From Haliotis rubra (Eukaryota): a DNA stretch of 64,000 nucleotides. The notes below the pieces were generated by a model. That model saw nothing but the letters and a program-made list of their open reading frames with translations, searched no databases and was not told the DNA's origin. The number at the start of each line of letters is the position of its first letter. Positions within the stretch are counted from its first letter, which is position 1. The stretch covers positions 930,001-994,000 of the forward strand of contig NW_025767020.1 in assembly GCF_003918875.1 (NCBI RefSeq), given 5' to 3'. Positions 48,770 to 60,100 of this stretch are shown here, in pieces. The translations under genes were made by a program, and so were the position numbers.

Positions 48770-49325
48770 GTTCATCCCACCAACCACTGCCGTACCTCCC
48801 ACCACAACTACCACCACATCCACACAAACCTCACCAACCTTTCCCATTCCACCAACATCATCACACATACACGCTCGCGCACACAACCACACACGCGCAC
48901 ACCCCATTCGTGACCCACTCGTGTTATTCCGGGACAAGCCGAATAGCTTACGGAAAGGGGCGAGTGGTGACGAATGGCGCACACCCACCCACACAGCCAT
49001 TGCTGTCCTCCCATAATAAACACATCTACCACCACATCCACTCAAACCATCAACCCCGCCACCCATCACCCCTCCTCAGAATCATCCCACCAACCACTGT
49101 CGCACATCCCATTACTGAACCACCCCAACAACCACAACCACACCAACACTATAGCTACCTCCACCCCTACCACCTTCACCTCATCTTACCCAAGCAAAAT
49201 CATCCCTTACCCAGCCTTTCTCGTTCCCTTCACATCAACCCTCACATTCCACCTTCACTCCACCATCCACTGTCTCCCCTACCCCCAACGATCACAACCA
49301 CCACCACCATATCCACCCCAACCCT
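48770..49325. repeat. CA-rich low-complexity tract (degenerate (CAC/ACC)n) containing a miniature inverted-repeat element
   Basis: Base composition; the His/Pro/Thr-rich ORFs are by-products. Confidence 0.8.
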
Positions 49326-50699
49326 GGAATTAGGACCGAGGACTATCAGTGTTTATCATTGACCCTGATAAAAGTTGGCGTGACGCCAACTTCAAGTATA
49401 CTCAATTCTCGGGTAATGCAAATACAACATTGTAAACCAAAAAGTTACTGTGTTCTATAATCTGCTTGGTTGAAAAACATGATCGAATGGTATTCGATTC
49501 CGGGGAAATTGCAAGACCATATTAATACGTACAAACACATGATGTTTATCTCCTAATTGTCGGCGTAACGTCAGTTCCAATCTGCAAGGAAGGAGCTTTC
49601 TCTAGGATAATCTTTCCTCGGGAAATTAACTTCACAGTAAGTTCACACGTCCCCGATAATGGTATCACATATGACTCATTAATATCTTGCCACTATCATT
49701 GTTTGACAGATTTTATCTCTCTTACAGTATTTGCTATATGTAACTACTGGAGGCTAATAATCATCCCACAAAAATATTACGAACCTCTCGAAAACTAATG
49801 GAGAACTAAATGAGTGAGTTTAGTTTTACGCCGCACTCAGCAATATTCCAGATATATGGCGGAGGTCTGTAAATGATCGAGTCTGGACCAGACAATCCAG
49901 TGATCAGCAGCATGAGCATCGATCTACGCGATTGGGATCAATTTATTGTCTGGCCTGATTATTTACAGACCGCCGCCATACAGCTGGATAATTTTACAGG
50001 GTGACCTGTTGCCCTGTCAGACACAATGTCATATGTAACTAATATACTTGTAAATGTATAGCAAGGACAAATAAGGGAATGGGTGACAGTGCCAACTGCT
50101 CAGACAAATAATGAGACATTCATTGATTATGTGTGACGGCGGGGTAGCCTAGTGGTTAAAGCGTTCGCCCGTCACGCCGAAGGGTTTGAGTCCCCACATA
50201 GGTACAATGTGTGAAACCCACTTTTGGTGTCCCCCGCCGTGATATTGCTTTGATATTGCTAAAAGCGGCGTAAAACTAAACTCACTCATTCGTTGATTGT
50301 GTAATCTATATTAGATCACTGAAGGTTCAAACGAATCTTGATCAGATATGCTACAGTTTGTATGATTTTAATCTTGAAATTCATAATAAATGAAACTAAA
50401 GCTGGCCATTGCCAAAGTTATCAGAAGGATCCAGAAGGGGGTTGGGGCTGCCCCCTGAAAGTTTATTAAATGACCATTAAAACTCTCGTGAAAATGAAGT
50501 GTGCACCCCCACTTTCTCAAGTGTGCATTCCCCCTTACTCAAAAAACTGTATCCACCCCTGATACAACACGCATTACATGATCCCTGGAAATCGTCTTTA
50601 TCGTCCCAGTCAATGTATGCATGTATTTTTGGAACTGACTTGAGCTACGAGAATAGTGTTGCATCGTTCAATATCAGAACTTGCTGAGAGACTAACTTG

Positions 50700-50870
50700 A
50701 TATTCCGTTGTTATGAATTTCAAATATTTTATTTCGATACTTTCAGGAAGTTCCCTCTTTTCCCAGTGGTTAATGTTTGTATGGAGAATTTTGGTTTGTT
50801 GCCATGAAATATGGTTGTCGGGATTTGTGATGAGGTGATCCGAAAGGGCAGATTCCATGTCAGATTTGAA
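50700..50870 (-). pseudogene. Fragment of a Penelope-like element GIY-YIG endonuclease (C-terminal part)
   Basis: SALSDHLITNPDNHISWQQTKILHTNINHWEKRELPESIEIK fits the SAL..H...H.I.W....IL......KR...E.I.I pattern. Confidence 0.75.
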
Positions 50871-52520
50871 ATAATGAAATCTAAAGAAAGAAGCCAGCCA
50901 TCCACCGGGATCAAGGCATCCCCCATCCCAGTGTCTACCCCATATTTATACATTGTTATTTTTGTGCATTTATCCTATCTAATTGGCTTCGTGGTTATAT
51001 TGTTTTATTTGTACATCAACGAACCTTGAAAGATAGAGCTGAATGTATATGTAAAGTTAATTTATTATAACGGGTAAATGACTAATGGAATTAATCCGTC
51101 TCACTGACACCACAGGTTTTACAACGAAAGTACTGTGATGTTTGTTGTTTTGTCTGACTGTGATACACATGAAACATTTTGTAATTATGAGATTCTTTAA
51201 AAATTGTCTACTATGTCGAAAATGTACACATCTAAATGAAATATAATTACTAAAACGAAGATTACTAAAACATTATTGACATCATCAAGTAAATGCAATA
51301 TCATGAAAAGAACTGGTCATAGATTAAAACCGCTTGGCCAAAGACTAAAGGACTGATAACAGGATCCTTTACTGATAACCTCTGAATGCCCCCAGGTTTC
51401 AGTCTCGTCTGTGTGCTAAATATAGCTTTATTACCTACAGAGGATAACGTACCTTGTTGCTTCTCACACGGAGAAACTGCCTTTCCCGGGAAGTACTCCG
51501 GATGCAATCGGCACAGTTAAAACTGTATATCGAGCGTTCTTGGAAGCAGTTCTTCAATAAATCTTCAGGCGAGTCGACACGACCATGTGCACTGTTGAGT
51601 AAAACCACTCAGCCTTGGTCATAGGCGCTCGACTCTGATCGGGCGCCTATGCCTTGTGTCACCATTCAAGAGTGAATGAGTGAGTCTAGTTTTACGCCGT
51701 TTTAGCAATATCCCAGCAATATCACGGTGGGGAACACCAGAAATAGGCTTCACATATTGTACTTATGTGGGGAATCGAACCCGGGTCTTCGGCGAGACTA
51801 GCGGACGCTTTAACCACAAAGCAATCCCACCATTCAGGATTCCACAGTGCGCTTTTGCTACTTCTTTGATACATCTACTCGTATCCAATTTCTGCAGATC
51901 GATGCTCATGATGTCAATCAAAATATTATTTGGTTCCGATCAATTGTTACAAACCGCCGTCATGGAGCTGGCATAGCGGCATTAAGTGACAAGCAACACT
52001 ATAAATTCAAGAGTGATTGACTATGGTTTTACGCCGCTTCTGGCAATATTCCAGCAATATCACGGCGGGGGAAACCTGAAATTAGCTTTACATATTGCAA
52101 CCATGTGGGGAATCAAACGATGAGCTTGAAAATATTTCGCTATAACGTTCGTTCTGGTTTGGAGCCCCCAAAACTCCAGTCTATCCGAAAATTTGCCAAA
52201 TACAACGGCAAATGATGAAGTACCTATTTCGTTCAATGTTTTCGGCATCAGACTCGCTGTTTGTCAGTCGTGTGTGCCGTGCAAGTATTCTAATTGGCTG
52301 ACATGATGTCATTTAAAGAATAGGACCGAGCACCAGGACTAAAAGTAGGGAAAACATGTGCCCTTGTTTATATTACCCGGACCTTATCGCCATGCACGCC
52401 CATTCATGTGTGTCCTCTAATCCCAGGTAATCTCCTGTTGGATGCAGGCAAACTGGGGGTACACTACATATACATTGTCCTGACTAGTACTTCATAATTC
52501 ACCAGTTTTGGGGGCATTAA

Positions 52521-52855
52521 AGGGACCGTTCATAATTTATAGCTGGGGGTGGGGGTGGGGTGGGGTGTGTGATGATGATGATGGGAAGCATGCACAATGT
52601 GAATGACCCTCCCTAAAATCTAAGTACAAAATAAGTGAAACCCCCCCTCTGCATGTCATGTACAAAATCAATGACCCCCTCCCCAACTTTCAACATAATT
52701 TTAAACATAATGTTAAGTACAAAATTGCTGACCCCTCTAGTACATGTGTGCAAAATTGCTGACCCCTAGCTCCCCAGAACAAAATGGGTGAACACCCCCA
52801 CCCCACCCCTTTAAATCATCATCGCCCCTCTAGTCATAAATTATGAACGGTCCCT
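52521..52855. mobile_element. MITE with 20-bp perfect TIRs (PIF/Harbinger-like)
   Basis: agggaccgttcataatttat (52521-52540) pairs with ataaattatgaacggtccct (52836-52855); TAA-like flanks. Confidence 0.85.
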
Positions 52856-53297
52856 AATTAACTGCATTGCTTATATTATCTCTGCGCGACCAGGCTGGGA
52901 TCTTGTAGGGAGACTTGATAATTTATTAATGAGAACTAGGATCCTAATTTTTTTCAAGGAAATAATTCCTTCAACAGTGGAATTTTTGTAGCGACCTATT
53001 TCTATTTCCTCCCGTCTGAAGCATAATTATTGATTAATCCCAGAGTCCCTGCAGTCACCAATTTAACACAAAAGGAACTGCAATCACATTTCACTGGTCA
53101 TCTATTATTGGGGTGGGTGTGCTGGTTAGAAGTTTGTCTTGCAAGATGTAAAATCGGGTCTACTGGCACGGTCTAACATCCATGTCAGAAATGGCATCAG
53201 GCACATCTTTTACTGCTTCAGAATCCGTGGTCGCTGTCAAGTTGTGAGGTAAAATCAAAGATAAAGCCATCAGCAATAGGCACATATGACGTCACAT

Positions 53298-53382
53298 AAG
53301 GCGCTAAGATAGTCGTAAGTTAGTATGAATGGCACTTACGACTATCTTAGCGCTAAGAGAGCTTCGAAAATCTTGGCCCAGG
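53298..53382. mobile_element. Palindromic MITE fragment (gcgctaagatagtcgtaagt / acttacgactatcttagcgc); related ends at ~11585-11642 and ~38252-38303
   Basis: Internal 20-bp inverted repeat and a shared ...ggccc(t/a)g terminus. Confidence 0.65.
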
Positions 53383-54138
53383 CGTTTCCGTAATAGGCGC
53401 AAATACGAGTACGTTTTTTATTCGTCAATTCCGATCTTACAAACATTTTGTTCAATTTTAATCACGTAAGGTGACTTTAACAATGCCTTTACCCCTATGA
53501 AAGTTAATATTTTGGTATATTTTGGGTAACCATAATTAACACCCCTGCACATGGCTCTTATCACAACACCTACTTCATGTTGATGTACTTATTTGGTTCC
53601 TTTTCCATGGACAAATATGAAATTGAGAATACATCATTACATTTAATGCATCATAATGGATTAAGAAGGCCAATGCATATTACATTATGCTGAGCTTAAA
53701 AAAGGTTATCACTAAATCAAAACATGTTTTAAAGTAATATCTATGATAACACATAATCAGTAAAACCAAGATATAAGCAGTTGTTAGACACACAACTTTG
53801 CAATACAAATACATTAAAACACTAACACTAAAATTCCCCAAATTCTAACAACAAATATCATGTGGTGAGTGCTGATGGCATATTTGGGTGCCATGAACAT
53901 CCTCCTAAACTATACAAAGACTGGGTAAAGGAGGCTTTATTACATGCTAATATCCACATAGGGAGATGGCTAAATGCCAAACAAGCAAATTTCTACACCT
54001 GATGATAAATCCGATATGCCACCCCAGGGAAATATGTAACTCCAATTATGGAAGGTAACAAAAAGAGTCTTGCTTCATCTGTATCTTATCAAAAGTCTGA
54101 TTAGATGATCAACTCCATCCTCGTCAATCCAAGGTGTT

Positions 54139-57100
54139 TCACTGAACTTTGCAGGGTGGGTCAAGGTCAGCTTGCTCTGAAATGGCAAAACCTGAGTGAG
54201 AACAACGTTTTTAAACCATTTATGGATATTTTTTGGGTTAAATTGTGGAAATGGAAATGTGGGACCTAATAATGTTTTACCTTATTTGGCACTGTGTTAT
54301 TGGTTGACCTTGTTATTTGAAATATGCAGTAATGATTCAAGTGCAGGTTATACTGAATTTATACAAGACTGTTCATTAAGTATATACAGCAAGCAAACCT
54401 ATGGCACGTTTTGTATTACATATGGGTCTTGTAGAAATTGAAGATTGTTCATACAGTGCAATGTATCAAATATGTTTCTTAAATTTACAGTCATAATGGT
54501 TTCTGACAGTATCCACAGATAAAATTCCCCCAATCATTTGAATTCTTTTCTGAAACTGGCTGGTTAAATTGAAACAAATATGTCCGACAATTAAAATATA
54601 ATTGGCTCTCACAGTGGAACCATGACTAAGATCAGACACAGTTGTTGACATTCATATTGTTGCTTGGTGACACTGCCATGACAACTGAGACTGTCTTACC
54701 TCTTTTGGCAAGTCTGCGTTCAATGTGGGTGTCACAGAGAGGACATATCTCGGTGATCAGGCAACACTGTCGACACAGGACCTTGTGGCCGCATGGCATC
54801 AGGGTTATGTCCGCCATCTTGTCCATGCACTTGGCACATGGGAGATGCATATCAAACAATGTACTGCCCATCCGGAACCTTGCCCCAAGCCCTTGTTGGC
54901 TGGAGGGGGTGGAACGCTGGATAGAACCCTGACTGGAAGATGGTACAACCAATGGTATAAATTAGTTTCAGTGTGTACCAACATAGTCATATAAATTTTC
55001 CCAAAGTTTCCTTTATCTTTTTAGAGCAAGAGCACAAATAATCAAGCCAGTCTCTTGTATTGATCATACTGAGTGTGTGAATTTTTAGAGTACTCCGGGT
55101 ATGTCATCCAGGGTAGACCAGACAAACTAGTGGTTGACAGAAATTATCCATGTTGTCAGGATATGTTGAGCTATTAGTTGTATCCAATAATCTGATAATT
55201 TGATGTTTTTTATCACCTAATACAACTGGTATACTGGGAACCTATTCTCCCATCAGTTCTCACGAAGAACTGTATGTGCCATGAGGGATCCTTTTTTGCC
55301 CTGAAAAGCCCCTGTGAGACATGCTTGTGGTACAGGGACCTCTTCTTCCCAAGAACCCAAACAGGGAGGTAAGCATGGGGCATGGGGACCTATCATTTCC
55401 CAGAACCTTAATGGGGACACAAGCCTGGGGTACAGTGACTTATTCTTTTCCAGAATGAAAATACAGAGACAATTGTGGGGTACTGGGACCTAATACTTTC
55501 CAGAACCCTAATGCAGACCTTATCATCACCAGAACCAAAATGTGGACACAAGCGTGAAGTTCAGGGACACAAGTGTGGGGTGAGGAGACCTATTCTTCCC
55601 GAGAAACCTTAAAGGGACACAGACATTGGGAACACTGGGACCTAATCTTTTCCGGAAACCTAATGCAGACACAAGTGTGGGGTACAGGGACCTATTCTTC
55701 CCCAGAACACTACTGGAGGCACAAGTGTGAGGTGCAAGGACCTATTCTTCCCCTGAACCCTACTGAAGACACAAGGATGGGGTGCAGGGTCCTATTCTTC
55801 CTCAGAACACTACTGGAGGCACAAGTGTGAGGTGCAGGGTCCTATTCTTCCCCAGAACACTACTGAAGACACAAGTGTGGGGTACAGGGACCTATTCTTC
55901 CCCAGAACACTACTGGAGGCACAAGTGTGAGGTGCAAGGACCTATTCTTCCCCTGAACCCTACTGAAGACACAAGTGTGAGGTGCAGGGTCCTATTCTTC
56001 CCCAGAACACTACTGGAGACACAAGGATGTGTGCAGGGACCTATTCTTCCCCAGAACACTACTGGAGGCACAAGGATGGGGTGCAGGGACCTATTCTTCC
56101 CCTGAACCCTACTGAAGACACAAGCATGGGGTGCAGGGTCCTATTCTTCCCCAGAATACTAATTGAGACACAAGTGTGGGTTACAGGGACCCATTCTTCC
56201 CCAGAACACTAATGGAGACACAAGCTTGGGGTACAGGAACCTATTCTTTCCAAGAACACTAATGGAGACACACGCATGGGGTGCAGGGACCTATTCTTCC
56301 CCAGAACACTAATGGAGACACAAGCATGAGGTGCAGGGACCTATTTTTCCCCAGAACACTACTAGAGACACAAGCATGGGGTGCAGGGACCTATTCTTCC
56401 CCAGAACACTAATGGAGACACAAGCATGAGGTGCAGGGACCTATTCATCCCCAGAACACTAATGGAGACACAAGCTTGGGGTACAGGAACCTATTCTTTC
56501 CAAGAACACTAATGGAGACACACGCATGGGGTGCAGGGACCTATTCTTCCCCAGAACACTAATGGAGACACAAGCATGAGGTGCAGGGACCTATTTTTCC
56601 CCAGAACACTACTAGAGATACAAGCATGGGGTGCAGGGACCTATTCTTCCCCAGAACACTAATGGAGACACAAGCATGAGGTGCAGGGACCTATTTTTCC
56701 CCAGAACACTAATGCAGACACAAGCATGGGGTGCAGGGACATATTCCTCCCCCAGAACCCTACTAGAGACACAAGCATGGGCTGCAGGGACCTATTCCTC
56801 CCCCAGAACCCTACTAGAGACACAAGCATGGGGTGCAGGGACCTATTCTTCCCCAGAACCCCAACAGGGAGAAAATCACCTGGAACAGGGACCGGACCTT
56901 TTCCTTTCTCATTCCCATACCAATGAGCACAGGTAAATGGTGAACAGACTAGGATAATGTTTTGGGTTAATCTGATTCAAACCCAAAAATACTTAACATA
57001 AGTTTATAATCACTTTTGTCTGATAAACAGCTGCACTGCCTGACGAACTGTGGGACTCTTGGCAACCTCGAGTGGTGTGGCGCCCCTATTGTTCTTTGCA

Positions 57101-60100
57101 TCTACGATGGCGTTCTTCTGCAGCAGCAGACAAGCCAGGCTTCATCGCAAGCGTCTCGCCGTCCCTACGAGCCGTCAGTCCAAGTAGTGCAGCCAACTGA
57201 AACACGGGATGATTTGGGCTTTGATATGCAAGTATCAACTTGCTGTATTACGCCCCTGTCAGTAATACTCTGGTTGTACCAGGTCAGGTCTACATCAGGC
57301 AAAACAGGGGCATCTCGAATGATCACTGTCCCATTCCATATGGGTCCAGTACAATGAAGTCAACCAAATCAAACAGCATGATGGACCTAGGACCATGCCA
57401 GACCCAAAATCTCTACATATAAGAGTTATTTCACAGTAATAAGGTTCATTGTTAGTATTGCTCGATAGGTGTGATGCTTGTGTTCACCCATTGTTCATTC
57501 AGGGGGTAACCTACACAAATGATCAAAAAAAACCTATTGTTCGAGAAGTGTTTTGTTGGTGGCATGTGCATGTACAACATATCAAATATGTTTGGTAAAC
57601 TGTAATAACAAGAATCTTATTCATGTCTGAATCAATAATCATTACCATATTTGTGAATAAATTTCAAGCTAAGAAATCTGATTATTGGACTGTCATTCTT
57701 AGATGGAATAAAGATTCAAAGCCTCTATAATATGTTTAATGTTATGAGTGAGTGAGCGAGTATGGTTTTACGCCACTTTTAGCAATATTCCAGCAATAAC
57801 ACGGCAGGGGACACCAGAAATGGGCTTCAAACATTGTACTCATGTGGGGTATTGAACCTGGATCTTGGCGTGACGAGCGATCGCTTTAACCACTAGGCTA
57901 CCCCACCACCCCCTTAATGTTATGACCATGCGCTAGATTGAGAACCCGATTCACAAAGTAGTCAAATAGCTACAACAATCATTACTCCTACCCTTTAACA
58001 TGGACCCACTATAGTAGTAGTGATATGATCACATTATGGATCAGAGAATTCCACCTTTGCACAGAAACAAGCCTGAAGTGCATGCATAGCGCTTCAGTAA
58101 AATGTATGGCTAGTGTGTTGAAACTATAACATATTCTAACCAGACGATGTTCTGTACCGCCTCCTGTAGATTTGTCTGCACCCAAGGTGATGTGTAAAGC
58201 TGTGTTGCCACTCACATCCTTCAAATTGGGGTCAGCACCTGCATCAACATAAACATGGTCGGTATGCAGGAATCAGTCAAATGGATGATTTAATGTTGAT
58301 TTATGACACAGGCAGTGATGACTATAATCAAGTAAGATATACCATCATCTCGATGACAAGCAATCAAGCAAGTCACGGCCTGACATATCACTACTGAACA
58401 ACAAACGCAGATATTCTGACACGGAATCACCATAGAGGGAGTGAGAGAGTTTGGTTTTACTCTGCTTCCAGCAATATGACGGCATGGGACACCAGAAATG
58501 GGTTTCACACATTGTACCCAGATGGAGATTCCACTCCCACCCGTGTCTTTGGAGTGATGAGCGAACGCTTTAACCACTAGACTACCCCCCCACCCCAATC
58601 ACCATAGAGACAAGTACAATATGCACATTTTGATATGAATCACAGGTTACTCAAGGGGAAGTTCAATAAACTTCGTTAAAATGGGGTTTACAGTTTACAT
58701 TTGTCTGAGACATCAAAATCAACCGGAATGCATTTCGAGTGTCCAGTTATGTGTAAGTGTACTTTTTGTAACAAAGAGTTGAGGTAATAAAGGGGATACC
58801 ATGTTCTGTGATCAATGACACCACAACCTGAAGCACTGTGCAATGGTAGTACCTTTCTCCAAGAGCAACTCTGCTGTCCTGTATAGAGCCTCATGACATG
58901 CCAGGTGGAGGGCTGTGGATCCATTAGCACCCTGGATATTCACCTTGGCCTTCCCCTATCAACACAAAGTGTGTACTGGATCCGGATGTATCATTGCTTC
59001 ATTAACTAATGTCAACATTAAACTTAATGATACATTAAATCCTTAATGCATCATTAGTTAATGGCATTATTAAAAATGGTTGTATCAAACACTTATTAGC
59101 GTATCATTATCTAATGACGTCCTAATGTAAATATTTTCATTAAATTTGGGGATTCCCCTAAATATATCCCTCAATTCAACATGAACTTTTCTGAAGTTAA
59201 TGACGCTCTAATGATACCCCAGAACCTTCATTATGTTAATGACGCGCTAAGGACAACATGACGTCACTAAAACCTTAGTACAACAGATTTTAATGACACA
59301 ATTTACTTAATGAACGTTTAATGGCACGTTAATGCTTCATTAAAGTTTGATACAACCGGGCCCTGGTTACAGTGAGTCAGGTGAGTTTATCACCACTATG
59401 ATCATATTCATGTTATATCGAGACCTACATAAGGCGGATCCTGAGGGGTGGCACGGTGTTGAATATTCCAAAAACCAGAAAGTGCACACTGCATACTAAT
59501 CCTAAGTCTCACTACTGCCAGAAACGCTCATAGCAAGCACAAGGGCAAGGTGTCTATGGAGTCAGTCATCCAGTGAATCTAGCAGCTATGGCCTTAAGGT
59601 CCCAATGAGATTGATAACTCGAGCTACAGTGAGCTCCAACACAGCCTGGTGTAGTAGCAATGCTAGCATGTACACGCACCACTCTATACACATGACACTA
59701 TGTGCATACTCATCCACACACACAGGACATATCATCACATACATTTCAGGAACATTAATATGTACACACTCGGCTGAGTGAAAGTCCAGTAATGTTGGCC
59801 CGAAAGTCTTTTAAATGTCAGTTGCCTTACATGTGGGACATCACAAAAGCCATCATGTTAGTTATAGATCAACTAACTATAACTAATGTTTTCCATGTCA
59901 GTAACAAGCTGGTCAATCAATTGTAACAGGAGGATGCTGTTTCCGGTCCTCAGGTCCGCAGGATTCAGGGGTTTAAAGTCATAATGACAACCAAACACAA
60001 GATTTTGCAAACCAAATAAATTTATTTCCAACTCAACTAATATATGTCATAAAATCAACAATAAACTAAGTTAAATAAACAACAAAAATAATAATGCCTC

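Noticed and set aside
48616-49362. 248-aa His/Pro-rich ORF
   Set aside because: By-product of the CA-rich low-complexity tract plus a dispersed mini-repeat.
51453-51660. Possible non-coding first exon of the EGF gene (AAG|GTACGT on the minus strand)
   Set aside because: Plausible because the signal exon has an upstream acceptor, but there is no independent support from the sequence.
55235-56950. Coding exons, or a splice-junction origin, for the 50-bp repeat
   Set aside because: The flanking E3 exons join in phase without it, and the repeat units do not carry the nearby CAG|GTGATT.
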